Notes: generated by a model not told the origin, from the sequence alone. A stretch of 32,000 nucleotides of DNA from Acaryochloris marina MBIC11017 (GCF_000018105.1 NC_009929.1:60001-92000); one strand, 5' to 3'. Numbered from the stretch's first letter, positions 16,607-26,038 are shown. Numbers and translations: made by a program.

Positions 16607-17578
16607 ATGAATAATCCGTTAATTTACTTACTAGAAGTTGCTAATAACCTTAATAGTCTTGCGTTTGGATACTATAGTCAAGGACGGTATGAGGAAGCAA
16701 GCCCTCTCTATCAACAAGCCCTGGAGATATACCAGCAGCTAGATTATAAACATCTTGATGTTGCTAGTAATCTTGACAATTTAGCAAGAATCAAAATGTA
16801 TCAGTTTGGAAATCTTGAAGAAACAGAGTCTCTATATCTTCAAGCGTTGGAGATGAGGCAGAAGCTCTTGGGTACAAATCATCTTGATGTTATAGCAAGC
16901 CTCAGTAGGCTTGCTGACTTTTACTTCAAGGTAACAAGGTATGAGGATGCAGAACCATTCTACCTACAAGCACTTAAAACAAGTGAGAAGCTACAAAGTA
17001 ATGAAACTACTGATATTGCAGATTTCCAGAGTGCCTTGGCACTAAATTACTCAATACTAGAACGTTATGAGGAGGCGGAATCTTTCTATGTGCAAGCCTT
17101 GGAGATGAGGCAGAAGCTCTTGGGAACCGAACATCCTGATGTCGCGACCAGCTTCGAAGATCTGGCAGGCTTCTACAAATATCAAGGACGTTGTGAGGAG
17201 GCTGAAACCCTTTATATGCAAGCCTTAGAGATAAATCAGAATTTTTTTGGCTATGAGCATCTCAAAGTTGCAGCAAGCCTCAGTAGTCTAGCAGGCTTCT
17301 ATTTCTACCAAAGACGTTATGAGAAGGCAGAATATTTCTATGTGCAGTCCCTTGAGATACAAGAGAAGCTAGATTCTGAAGATTTTTGTGACATATGTGA
17401 TCTTCAGAATCTAGCGCAACTCTACTATGACCAAGGAAAATATGAGGCAGCAGAGCATTTTTATGCCAAGCTTCTTGTATATTTTCAAGAACTAAATGGA
17501 TATGAAGATGATAGTGCAGTTACAGCTCAAAGAAATTTAGATGACTGCCGTCACAAAATAATGGAGTTAAATACTTAG
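16607..17578 (+). CDS. tetratricopeptide (TPR_10/TPR_12, kinesin-light-chain-like) repeat protein (323 aa)
   Basis: About seven repeats of the form Y-x-QALE-x-x-QKLLG-x-x-H-x-DVA-x-SL-x-x-LA-x-x-Y. The DNA string ttggagatgaggcagaagctcttggg occurs twice. Confidence 0.9.
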   Translation: MNNPLIYLLEVANNLNSLAFGYYSQGRYEEASPLYQQALEIYQQLDYKHLDVASNLDNLARIKMYQFGNLEETESLYLQALEMRQKLLGTNHLDVIASLSRLADFYFKVTRYEDAEPFYLQALKTSEKLQSNETTDIADFQSALALNYSILERYEEAESFYVQALEMRQKLLGTEHPDVATSFEDLAGFYKYQGRCEEAETLYMQALEINQNFFGYEHLKVAASLSSLAGFYFYQRRYEKAEYFYVQSLEIQEKLDSEDFCDICDLQNLAQLYYDQGKYEAAEHFYAKLLVYFQELNGYEDDSAVTAQRNLDDCRHKIMELNT

Positions 17579-17603
17579 TTGTCTGTTAAATTTAATTTAG
17601 ATG

Positions 17604-17626
17604 TTCAGCTATTCAGTATAGCTGAA
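17604..17626 (+). terminator. hairpin downstream of the TPR gene (weak terminator candidate)
   Basis: ttcagctat / atagctgaa forms a 9-bp stem with a 5-nt loop, 26 nt after the stop. The trailing T-run is poor. Confidence 0.35.
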
Positions 17627-17862
17627 ACTCTTTATCATGATAAATACGCTAGTACAAAAATATGTATTTTAGTGCAATGTTTTAGTTGCTACACATCTCA
17701 AAAAATAGAGATTTATAACATTAAAAGCTAGAGGTTTTTATATTGACATCAGATTGATAAGTTGATGACGCAGCTATAGATTAGGGCTTTCAGTCCCTTC
17801 TTTAACCTCTAGACTTCAAGTCTAGAGTAGTTAAGTTTTTAAAAAAAATTATAAAGTACATT

Positions 17863-20013
17863 TTACTCTGTTTCCAACTCCCCATATTTCGGACTCCACC
17901 ACCGTCCCTTGCTGGCAAAATAAACGGCATTCTTATGCTTTTTATTAGTCCTTGCCTTTGGGTCAGAACACCTGAGCATTTGCTTGGGCTGACTATCCTT
18001 CTCGTACCTATAAATCTCCAGCTTCGCCTTGCAAACTGGGCATGGGTAATCCGTCAGTTCTGCTGGTGCGGTGGGCTGGTCAGATTTGGCTTTTGGTAAT
18101 TGCCAGCTCTTGTCCCGGTCAGACCAGAACATCACCAGACCCCGACCATCATCAGCCGTGCAGCCGTCCTCACACTTGAGGAAATGCCCCTTTTTGACCT
18201 TCTTGCTGGGCACTTTGCCCATAGGCTGGCTACATTTAGGGCACTTGGTTCTGGACTTCTGCAAAGCCTTCCCCCCATTACTGCCGTAAGAGGTGGGTTC
18301 GGGTAAACCTTGCTTAGCCTTAGCCAGGGCTGGAGCAAAGTAGCTCCGATTCCAGCCGATCAAATAGTCTTGCCATTCCTGATTCCCTTCTGAGATCGCA
18401 TCCAAGGAACTCTCCATCTGAGCCGTGAATTCAGCCTCTAATAACTCAGGGAGCGCCCCACCCATGAACTGGTCAACCTCAAGGCCCATAGAAGTCGGTT
18501 GGAGTCTGCCTTTGATAAGCGTCACATAGCCACGGCTTTTGATGGTCTTGATCGTGGGGGCATAGGTGGATGGTCGGCCAATCCCTTTCTTCTCCATCAG
18601 TTGCACCAACTTCGGTTCACTGTACCGAGAGGGGGGCTGGGTCTGCTTCTGCTGAGAATCGGCCTGGGCCAGGGTGAGGGGCTGTTGCTCCTGAAGAGTG
18701 GGCAGCTCAGTATCGGCCTTGATGTCTTTCCAGTATTTCGAGTAGCCCTTGAATTCCACGAGATTCCCCTTAGCTTTCCATTGAATCTCGCCAGATTGAC
18801 TGATGACAATGGTCTTTCGGATCTGAGCGGGTTTGCATTGGGAGGCTAAAGCCCGTGTCCAAATCAATACATACAGCTTGAACTGATCGTCGGGTAGCGC
18901 TTGCTTCAGTTCTGCGGAGGGTTTGAAGATGTCCGTGGGTCGAATAGCCTCGTGCCCTTCCTGGGCTTGCTTTGAGACCTTCTGCTTGGATACTTTCTTG
19001 GGGACATTATCAGCGTCATTCTGCTCCAGCCATCGCTTGGCCGCTAAGCAGTAGTCTGGGGACAGCGCGACAGAATCGGTTCTCATATAGGTAATTAAGC
19101 CAGCCTCATAAAGCTTTTGAGCAACCTGCATGGTCTGCTCTGGACTGAACTTGAGACGTGAACCTGCGGCCTGCTGTAAGGCTGAGGTGGTGAAGGGAGC
19201 AGGGGGCTTCTTGGGTGTGATTTTGCCCTCGATAGAGATGACCTGATGAGGGTTGCTACGTGCGATCGCAACCAAGGAATCGGCCTCAGCCTGGGAAAGC
19301 ACTCGTGTGGATTCTTCGGTTTTGGTCTCTGAACCAGAATCATCAATGCTGTGTTCGTCCTGGCCGTTTGCTTGGGTGCTTCCGTGATAGTAAGCCCTGA
19401 AGCCCTCGGCGTAATCCACGAAGACCGACCAATAATCCTGGGGAACAAAGGCTTGTATCTCCCGCTCTCGCTGGCAAACTAAATGAAGGGTCGCTGATTG
19501 GACTCGGCCTACTGATTTGGCCCCATTGTTCAGTCGCCAGACTAAGGGAGAGCCACGATACCCCACGAGTTTATCGAGGCAGTCTCTGCAACGACCAGCC
19601 TCAACTAAATCCATGTCTAGCGATTTTGGGTTAGAGATGGCCTGTCTAACGGCTCGTTCTGTGATTTCCTGATAGACAACCCGCTTGGGCTGCTTGAGAC
19701 CTAGCACCTGGGCAACATGCCAACCGATAACCTCGCCTTCCCGGTCGGGGTCGGAGGCAATGAAAATCTCGTCGGCTTGCTGGGCTGCGGCCTTGAGATT
19801 GGCTATGGTCTTTTTCGCCCGGTCATCTCTGGGTTCGTAGCGGCATTTAATTTTGCCGTTTTCAGCAACAAAACCAAGATTGTCGGTGCCTTCATTTGCC
19901 AATTGCCGTATATGTCCAACCGATGCCTGGACATTCCAGCCTGGACCGAGGATGGAGCGCAGTTTCTTGATTTTGCCGGGGGACTCAACGATTAAAAGGC
20001 GAGACATGATCAT
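17863..20013 (-). CDS. type IA DNA topoisomerase (716 aa) with C-terminal zinc ribbons
   Basis: TOPRIM motifs LLIVESPGK and SDPDREGE, active-site GLITYMRTDS, and Cys4-type ribbons CPKCSQ...CEDGC and CPVCKA...RCSD. Confidence 0.95.
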   Translation of the reverse strand: MIMSRLLIVESPGKIKKLRSILGPGWNVQASVGHIRQLANEGTDNLGFVAENGKIKCRYEPRDDRAKKTIANLKAAAQQADEIFIASDPDREGEVIGWHVAQVLGLKQPKRVVYQEITERAVRQAISNPKSLDMDLVEAGRCRDCLDKLVGYRGSPLVWRLNNGAKSVGRVQSATLHLVCQREREIQAFVPQDYWSVFVDYAEGFRAYYHGSTQANGQDEHSIDDSGSETKTEESTRVLSQAEADSLVAIARSNPHQVISIEGKITPKKPPAPFTTSALQQAAGSRLKFSPEQTMQVAQKLYEAGLITYMRTDSVALSPDYCLAAKRWLEQNDADNVPKKVSKQKVSKQAQEGHEAIRPTDIFKPSAELKQALPDDQFKLYVLIWTRALASQCKPAQIRKTIVISQSGEIQWKAKGNLVEFKGYSKYWKDIKADTELPTLQEQQPLTLAQADSQQKQTQPPSRYSEPKLVQLMEKKGIGRPSTYAPTIKTIKSRGYVTLIKGRLQPTSMGLEVDQFMGGALPELLEAEFTAQMESSLDAISEGNQEWQDYLIGWNRSYFAPALAKAKQGLPEPTSYGSNGGKALQKSRTKCPKCSQPMGKVPSKKVKKGHFLKCEDGCTADDGRGLVMFWSDRDKSWQLPKAKSDQPTAPAELTDYPCPVCKAKLEIYRYEKDSQPKQMLRCSDPKARTNKKHKNAVYFASKGRWWSPKYGELETE

Positions 20014-20090
20014 TCCTCTTTGATGCTTTTTGGAAACATACCCAGAAAATCATCGCTTCAGTTTTGGCACTTACCGTTTTGATGATGACT

Positions 20091-20900
20091 TCAGGCAGAT
20101 ACTGCATATCTCTCCAGCTTCTTCATTATTTTGTTGAGGATTAATCGTATAGCTTCATGGCTCAATCCAATCTGTTGGCCGATGGCTTTCATCGACTTGG
20201 GTTGATTATCTTCCAAGCCATATCTCTGGCTGAGTACAAATCGTTCTCGTTCATCGAGATTCGCCATTACCTGAGACAGTTCTTCGTCAAGTTGCAGTGA
20301 CTCCATATACTGAGTAGGCTGATCATCTCCAGCCAGTAAATCGAGGAGAGAATCTTTTTGTTCAGGACCAACGGGCTGATCGAGGGACGATACCTTTTGG
20401 AATAATTGCAGGGTACGATTAATGGTTTTCGGCTTGATATCGGTGGCTTCCGATAATTCTGAGAGGGATGGTTTTCGACCTAGTGTTTGATTGAGTTCTC
20501 GATAGTGCTTCTTGATTTTGTTGGCCTTATCCCAATGATTATGAGGTAGGTAGATGGGACGTGATTTTTCTCGCAGTGCAGCCGTAATCCCTTGTCGAAT
20601 CCACCAGTAGGCATAGGTGCTGAAACGACAACCTTGGGCAAGGTCAAACTTGTCTACAGCAGTACTTAATCCAATGCTGCCTTCTTGGATCAGATCCAGC
20701 AGTGGTAGTCCTCGGTTCTGATGTTTCTTGGCAATAGAGACAACTAAGCGCAGGTTGCATTCGATCATCCTTTGCTTAGCCCGGAGGCTCCCCGCTTTTG
20801 CTTGTCTAGCCAGCTCAATTTCTTCTTCATGGGAAAGGAGAGGATATCGAGCCATTTCTTTGAGGTAGAAATGAAGACTGTCATGTTTGGTAGCCATCAT
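20091..20900 (-). CDS. sigma-70 family RNA polymerase sigma factor (269 aa, no region 1.1; group 2/3-like)
   Basis: Region 2: [20 protein letters not shown]...[18 protein letters not shown]...[11 protein letters not shown]. Region 4: [15 protein letters not shown]...[19 protein letters not shown]. Confidence 0.95.
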   Translation of the reverse strand: MMATKHDSLHFYLKEMARYPLLSHEEEIELARQAKAGSLRAKQRMIECNLRLVVSIAKKHQNRGLPLLDLIQEGSIGLSTAVDKFDLAQGCRFSTYAYWWIRQGITAALREKSRPIYLPHNHWDKANKIKKHYRELNQTLGRKPSLSELSEATDIKPKTINRTLQLFQKVSSLDQPVGPEQKDSLLDLLAGDDQPTQYMESLQLDEELSQVMANLDERERFVLSQRYGLEDNQPKSMKAIGQQIGLSHEAIRLILNKIMKKLERYAVSA

Positions 20901-21154
20901 TGAACCTGGGAAACATCACTGGTAGAGAATTACCCTGAATTGCCTGGTATGGGAAGGATAATTGATGTTTCTTAAGGTGAAGGCACCCATAAGGAAGCTG
21001 ACAGAATCATAGCAATATCTGCCAGCTTGGTTGAGTAGGATTCGAGTGATTGAATTTGACGTAGTTTTAGTCTATCAGCCCTTAACCTTATCTTTGAAGT
21101 CCTTACCCGCACTGAATGCAGGGACTTTCATTGCTGGGTTTTTCATGGCTAACC

Positions 21155-21190
21155 AAAAACTCCCCAGCATAAGACCTTGCTGGGGAGTTT
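21155..21190 (-). terminator. intrinsic terminator of the cyAbrB-like gene
   Basis: On the minus strand AAACUCCCCAGC-(10 nt)-GCUGGGGAGUUU is followed by UUGGUU. It lies 23 nt after the stop. Confidence 0.7.
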
Positions 21191-21212
21191 GTTGCATCAG
21201 TATTTCAATGGA

Positions 21213-21590
21213 CTAAGCAACCTTGGTCAAATGAATGTGTTTGCGACCGACAGCAATTTCAAATTCATCTCCAGGTTCAAGTTCCAAGGCTTGGGTATAT
21301 GTACGGCCCACCAAAATATTGCCATTGGATTGAACGCTGACTTTATAACTGGCTTTGCGCCCACTATTGCCGTTTCCGTTAGGAGATTGGCTATCTAAAT
21401 CGATGCCTTCCGCATCCAATAGAGCATTGAGAAACGCGATAGTTTTAATTCGCTCAGAGCCATCTTTATCATTAGAAACATATCCGCAAGCTTTCGCTTT
21501 TTCTTCACGAGTGTAATCACTCAGTTGTTTTACTTTGGCTACTAAGTCTTTTCCTGTTAAGGGTTTAGCTTGCTTTTTCTTTCTCGGCAT
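21213..21590 (-). CDS. cyanobacterial AbrB-like (cyAbrB) transcriptional regulator (125 aa)
   Basis: The N-terminus MPRKKK..PLTGKDLVAKVKQL...EEKAKACGY and the C-terminal AbrB/SpoVT-like SYKVSVQSNGNILVGRTYTQALELEPGDEFEIAVGRKHIHL match the cyAbrB architecture as I recall it. Confidence 0.8.
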   Translation of the reverse strand: MPRKKKQAKPLTGKDLVAKVKQLSDYTREEKAKACGYVSNDKDGSERIKTIAFLNALLDAEGIDLDSQSPNGNGNSGRKASYKVSVQSNGNILVGRTYTQALELEPGDEFEIAVGRKHIHLTKVA

Positions 21591-21764
21591 GGGTTAAAAA
21601 ATCTCTCTAGCAGTATCACGATGACCACTAAATGATTGCATATAGTTTTAGATTTATGGTTAGCGGATAACCGATCCAATTAGTCAGGATGGCATTGGAT
21701 ATCGAATTTTTACATAAGAAGCTTCAACTGAAATAAGATGAGCGATTCTGTTAGTAACTCAGCT

Positions 21765-22007
21765 CTAAATCTTCGATAATTCCTTGGTTTTAACCGTAGA
21801 CCCAGAATTTTGCCCTTGAGTAGCATCCTGTTTGTAAAAGTCCAAGTCCAGAGCCGAACCAATGACCTGCCCGTTCGCAGATATCTCATACCAACGACTC
21901 GTAAAAATATTCTGGGCAATCGTTGCATGAGACATCCCACACCGAGATATGCCTTCTGGTTTTTCTTTCAGAGGAATACCTCTAATTGGATCACGAGTGC
22001 TGGGCAT
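21765..22007 (-). CDS. hypothetical protein (80 aa), weak call
   Basis: The most protein-like of three mutually overlapping ORFs. No SD sequence at a usable distance. Confidence 0.3.
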   Translation of the reverse strand: MPSTRDPIRGIPLKEKPEGISRCGMSHATIAQNIFTSRWYEISANGQVIGSALDLDFYKQDATQGQNSGSTVKTKELSKI

Positions 22008-22169
22008 TTGGAATATCTTGTCAGTTGTCTCCTTTAGTGGCTGAGCATTTATCTGCTCCCAGATACTGCCTTACACTATGGGCGAAGAGAAATCTAAAGA
22101 AGATCATAGATTTCCCTTCGCTTAAATTAGAGACTTGAATACAAAGATGAACGACTAGTGTCAGTTGTT

Positions 22170-22655
22170 TTAGGAGTTGTGGCTAGCCTCTAGTGCAGCC
22201 TGTGATGTTTCCCCCTTGTTTAGAAGGTTGACTTTGACAACTTTGTTCTGCTCCTCTTCAACTTTAGGTAGCCTAAGGGTAAGAAGACCTTGCTCAAAAG
22301 ATGCCTCAACTTTGGTGTTTTGAATAGCAACAGGCAGTTTGCTGGCTCGACGAAAGTGACCATAATTGATGTCAGAGAATAACCGCTTGGTTCCTTCCTG
22401 CAGGTCTTCAGGGTGACGTTCTCCAGCGATAGAAATAGATTCACGAGTGGCTTGAATATCTAAGCTGTCCGCATTAACTCCAGGTAGAAAGGCTTTGAGA
22501 ATCAGGGCATCACCCGTGTCCCATAGCTCTACGGCAGGTGCCCAACTCGGATAATTTGAAGATTTGCCTGTATCGATGGCATCCTCAAAAAGGTGATCGA
22601 GTTGTCTGCGAACGGTATCAATTTCTTCAATTGGGTTCCAGTAATTAATCATCAT
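22170..22655 (-). CDS. Hsp20/alpha-crystallin family small heat-shock protein (161 aa)
   Basis: Alpha-crystallin core: WAPAVELWDTGDALILKAFLPGV...LDIQATRESISIAGER...FRRASKLPVAIQNTKVEASFEQGLLTLRLPK. Confidence 0.95.
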   Translation of the reverse strand: MMINYWNPIEEIDTVRRQLDHLFEDAIDTGKSSNYPSWAPAVELWDTGDALILKAFLPGVNADSLDIQATRESISIAGERHPEDLQEGTKRLFSDINYGHFRRASKLPVAIQNTKVEASFEQGLLTLRLPKVEEEQNKVVKVNLLNKGETSQAALEASHNS

Positions 22656-23272
22656 ATGATTTTTACCTCACAGTTACTTGCAATCGAATAGCGAAAACAA
22701 TCGCTTTCTTTGTGTTGCATCTAATATGCAATATCTGGCCTTCGTTGAGAATCTTGAGAACCCCACTTTTCATGTCGAGAAAACCCTACATATTTGGCAA
22801 TGACTATAAGACAATAACTTTCGGGAGAGTTGATTATTGGAGTGAGTTTATTTCGAGTTGACTTAATTCAGTGTCAATGGCCGGGTTTGATCATTCATCA
22901 TGCCAAACCATGATCTCAACCCCAATACTTCACACCTAACTTCCCCTAAAACTCCCACCACCTGAACAATTACTGGGAAAACTTAGGTCTGATGATGTTC
23001 TAGAAGTGAACCCAAGAAGCTCCAATGAATAATCCGAGGGTTAAGCTGAGGATAATTGCGCTTTTTCGGGTCATAGATTGCTCACCCGTGTATTTTTTAA
23101 GCAGCAGTTGAACTCTGAGAGCTGAATAGGAGTAGATCTAAAATGTGTCTTAGAATTAGCTTTCTGTAACCTCTCCAAGCTAGTGATAGGTTAGGTTTCC
23201 TCCATGCTTGGGGACGGCACTTGAAGCGATAAAGCTCTGAATTGTCCTGTCTTGATTGATGCGATTAGCAGC

Positions 23273-24064
23273 CTAATCTTTAACCATCATTGAGATCTCT
23301 GATTGCGCTTGCACTAAATTTAACCAGCAATGATCGGGTGCTTGCTCTAGGTCATTAATGATCTCCTCAGAATACTTACCCGTTAATATAAATGCTGTTT
23401 GAAATCCCATGGCCTTTCCGCCCCCTAAATCAGAGATAGGATCGTCGCTGATTAACAAGATCTCTTCTGGACTCAGGTCCCAGTCTAGGGTTGCTTTCGT
23501 AAAATACTCAGGACTAGGTTTTCCTAGGGTTTTGGCTTTTCTACCCGTTGAATATTCCAATCCAGTAACGATACATCCAACATCAGGTCGAGTAATGCCA
23601 TTTGCATCTTTGAACACTCGATTTTTATGCAAGCAGAGGAAACGGCTTTTTTCATGGGCAATTGCTGAATATGCTGCATCAATATTGTGATTGTTAATGC
23701 TATATCCGCCACCACAAATCACAGCATTAACGTTAGGGGTGTCGTCTACCTCAACATCATGCTCTTGTATGAAAGTTTTGAGCGTTGGGCTACCGATTAC
23801 GAGAGCTGTGTCGATATTCAGTAGTTCGCTCGATAAGAATTGAAGAGGTGTGAGCAGTTGATTTGCCTCAATAGAAAGCTCTCTTTCATTGAGAAGAGTG
23901 ATTAGAGTCTCAGGACGTTTAACAGTGTTATTTGAAATAACCCCAAAGGGTAGTTGATTGAGACGACAAAAATCTATTAGTTCTACTGCTCCTATTAGCA
24001 CTTCATGAGTCTTAGCTTTAAGCAGTACACCTTCGAGGTCGAATAATATGCCAGATACACGCAT
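23273..24064 (-). CDS. HAD superfamily (subfamily IIA-like) hydrolase (263 aa)
   Basis: Motif I FDLEGVL, motif II ISNNT, a Lys region GKPSPEYF, and motif IV LISDDPISDLGGG. Confidence 0.75.
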   Translation of the reverse strand: MRVSGILFDLEGVLLKAKTHEVLIGAVELIDFCRLNQLPFGVISNNTVKRPETLITLLNERELSIEANQLLTPLQFLSSELLNIDTALVIGSPTLKTFIQEHDVEVDDTPNVNAVICGGGYSINNHNIDAAYSAIAHEKSRFLCLHKNRVFKDANGITRPDVGCIVTGLEYSTGRKAKTLGKPSPEYFTKATLDWDLSPEEILLISDDPISDLGGGKAMGFQTAFILTGKYSEEIINDLEQAPDHCWLNLVQAQSEISMMVKD

Positions 24065-24215
24065 GTTATCTCATACCCATAAATGATGAGCCAGGTCGTC
24101 TATCTGACTACTATCAAGCTTTGTCGTTAAATCTAAAGCTTTACTTCGTTATTCTTCATATCTATCTAATGAGGAGCAAGAGGCTTCAGATCCTTCTGTA
24201 TAACCAGTATCGATC

Positions 24216-24614
24216 TCAGTAAAGCAACCTACCTAGCAAATCATTCACGGAAGTCTGCCATAGTTCAAAATCATCTGAATTCTTCCACAACTTTTTGAGT
24301 TCAGACTTTTCTGAAATGGCCTCGGCAACATATCTCGCTTGAGATATCATCGTTGCGGGTGGGGCTGGCCGTCCTTCAACCCATACCTCCACCTCCTCTG
24401 GGCAATCTTCAGTAGGCTCACCCATCCAAGCTGCCACAACCTCCACCGCTGCAAGGGCAACCGCACAATCTGGGGCTTCTGGGGACTCATCTGCTTGGTC
24501 GATGACGGTGTTTAGAGCATCAATGATCGGATTGTCGTCATCTGAATCGGCCAGTTCCGCCATCCAGTCTAATGCGTCGTCATTCTCGAAGCTGCCTGGT
24601 CCCCATATGCTCAT
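24216..24614 (-). CDS. DUF4259-like protein (132 aa)
   Basis: The N-terminus MSIWGPGSFENDDALDWMAEL is the signature I associate with DUF4259. The protein is acidic. Confidence 0.65.
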   Translation of the reverse strand: MSIWGPGSFENDDALDWMAELADSDDDNPIIDALNTVIDQADESPEAPDCAVALAAVEVVAAWMGEPTEDCPEEVEVWVEGRPAPPATMISQARYVAEAISEKSELKKLWKNSDDFELWQTSVNDLLGRLLY

Positions 24615-24851
24615 CGCTTATCCCCTGGTGAGTTCCAGGGACAATTTACCGTGAGGACAGAGGATAAGCCAAGGAATGCCGTCTTGGATACAGTGAGAGT
24701 GGGGCAAGAGTTCTCTTGGGAATGGTCAGTGATGTCATCAGCAATCTTGATAAAGCTGAATGGGTTGATATTCAGAAACTAAGAGAGACTCAAAAATCAA
24801 GCAATGCCAAGCATCGGGTTGCCAATATCCAGTAATTGAGGAGGCACGAAT

Positions 24852-25199
24852 ATGAAGAAACTCAGCGATTATGCAATTGGAGTCTTCTTGATAGTTATTG
24901 CTCCCCTGGTAATCGTGGTTGCAGGATTCCTTTACATCGACTTTGGGCATGTTGGACCGCCCACGGTCGAACAGTTGCTGGTTAAATATCCTACGTGTGA
25001 ACAGCGAGGAGAATTTGTAGCAACACACATCAAAGAAAGTCAGACAACGCCAACGGCATTGATCAACAGACCAGCCAGAGACCTGGATGGTCTATGGCAG
25101 CGATATCGAGCTAAGGTCGAGAACATTCTTGAGGATCGAGATGAACGTATATTTGCCCATACTCTTTACAAGCTAGGTAGCGGCTGTTGGCACGATTGA
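24852..25199 (+). CDS. hypothetical protein with an N-terminal TM helix (115 aa)
   Basis: Strong SD GAGGAGG about 7 nt upstream of the ATG. Hydrophobic stretch IGVFLIVIAPLVIVVAGFLYI. Confidence 0.6.
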   Translation: MKKLSDYAIGVFLIVIAPLVIVVAGFLYIDFGHVGPPTVEQLLVKYPTCEQRGEFVATHIKESQTTPTALINRPARDLDGLWQRYRAKVENILEDRDERIFAHTLYKLGSGCWHD

Positions 25200-25394
25200 A
25201 CTTCGCGTTTAGTTGAGTCTGGGTAGGGTTGAATCTAGAAAGGGTACATCTCCGCTGCTTGCAGCGAATTACTGGGCTTACCATCCAAATCGACGGTTTA
25301 GGAGTGAAAGATCTTTGATACCTCGTCCGCTTGTGGAAAGGTGGTTAATTTGATCTTAGAGGTCTATGCTGTTCGCCTCTATGCGCCACCCATA

Positions 25395-25643
25395 CTATTG
25401 GCTTGTATACTCAGCGTTGCTCGAAAGGTTATTGCACTTCCTAGTGGGTGCTTGCCAAATCGATCTCAATCGCTGTAACCCCTTTGGGTTGATATGGATC
25501 TTGTCTTCTATCAGTTTCAATTCGCCATTAGCAAAGGTCGAACCAGCCGCCCAGAGAATACTCGTAAAGTCGTCACGTTTAAGAGACGAGGGAGCGTATA
25601 TCACTAGACCTTCATCGGATAATATTTCATATATTTTCTGCAT
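25395..25643 (-). CDS. hypothetical protein (82 aa)
   Basis: Follows 25656-25886 after a 12-nt gap on the same strand. More protein-like than the overlapping plus-strand ORF. Confidence 0.45.
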   Translation of the reverse strand: MQKIYEILSDEGLVIYAPSSLKRDDFTSILWAAGSTFANGELKLIEDKIHINPKGLQRLRSIWQAPTRKCNNLSSNAEYTSQ

Positions 25644-25655
25644 GGTAGCTGGATA

Positions 25656-25886
25656 CTAAGTGTCTAGTGCTCGGATATAGAGTGAGAGCAAGGGCATGGG
25701 ATTATTCGTCCCGAAAATGGCATAACAGATGTAGGTAGAAGTAGTCACCATCCAAGTCGCTATCTTATGCGGATCGGTGGTACGGTCACGAGCCATCTCT
25801 AACACGAGATCGACCATATTTTGCCTGAAAGGAGCATCAAGACGAGTCTCTATGTTTTTCCAGAGGGCTAGGTTAATTGGATCCAT
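25656..25886 (-). CDS. hypothetical protein (76 aa)
   Basis: Open frame co-oriented and tightly spaced with its neighbours. Confidence 0.5.
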   Translation of the reverse strand: MDPINLALWKNIETRLDAPFRQNMVDLVLEMARDRTTDPHKIATWMVTTSTYICYAIFGTNNPMPLLSLYIRALDT

Positions 25887-25921
25887 ATAAGTCTAATCTT
25901 TTTAATTAATATTTCTAAGCT

Positions 25922-26038
25922 CTAATCTTGTTGTAGCTCCTTCAGTAGATCATCAAGGTCAATATCATCTAGCTCGTCAATCTCTGACAAGATATCGGTT
26001 TCATCTATAGGAAGATTTTCTGTTTCTAACGGTGACAT
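25922..26038 (-). CDS. small, very acidic peptide, 38 aa (MSPLETENLPIDETDILSEIDELDDIDLDDLLKELQQD)
   Basis: Hand-translated ATG..TAG frame, 35 nt upstream of the next co-oriented gene. Below the ORF-track cutoff. Confidence 0.3.
   Translation of the reverse strand: MSPLETENLPIDETDILSEIDELDDIDLDDLLKELQQD

Noticed and set aside
17807-17827. The perfect palindrome ctctagact-tca-agtctagag near the topoisomerase 3' end.
   Set aside because: It is a short 9-bp stem in an AT-rich spacer, and the U-run is appropriate only on the strand opposite the gene. It is not clearly functional.
18071-19995. Eight tracked ORFs (61-117 aa) on both strands inside the topoisomerase gene: 18071-18289, 18100-18306, 18132-18338, 18499-18849, 18597-18809, 19095-19448, 19717-19995 and 19803-19988.
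   Set aside because: All lie within a long, motif-rich CDS of higher GC. Their products are R/P/G/L-rich and low-complexity, typical of shadow ORFs.
21710-22037. ORFs 21710-21940 (-) and 21810-22037 (+), which overlap the 21765-22007 candidate.
   Set aside because: Their products are Arg-rich or odd in composition. Only one of the three can be real, and even the retained one is a weak call.
22082-22121. A 15-bp hairpin with one mismatch (gcgaagagaaatcta / tagatttcccttcgc) downstream of hsp20.
   Set aside because: The stem is real, but no U-run follows on either strand. I cannot call it a terminator and see no other function.
22656-22740. A possible RNA thermometer in the hsp20 5' leader.
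   Set aside because: I could find only a 5-bp AGUAA/UUACU pairing around the SD and start codon, which is too weak to claim.
23000-23074. A 24-aa hydrophobic minus-strand ORF (MTRKSAIILSLTLGLFIGASWVHF) with a GGTGAG-like SD.
   Set aside because: It is too short to support from sequence alone, and no terminator or conservation evidence is available.
24738-25028. A 96-aa minus-strand ORF overlapping the start of 24852-25199.
   Set aside because: The plus-strand gene has a strong GAGGAGG SD and a clean TM helix. The minus-strand ORF has neither.
25366-25659. A 97-aa plus-strand ORF overlapping 25395-25643 (-).
   Set aside because: The minus-strand frame fits a tight co-oriented gene series and looks more protein-like. 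This remains uncertain.
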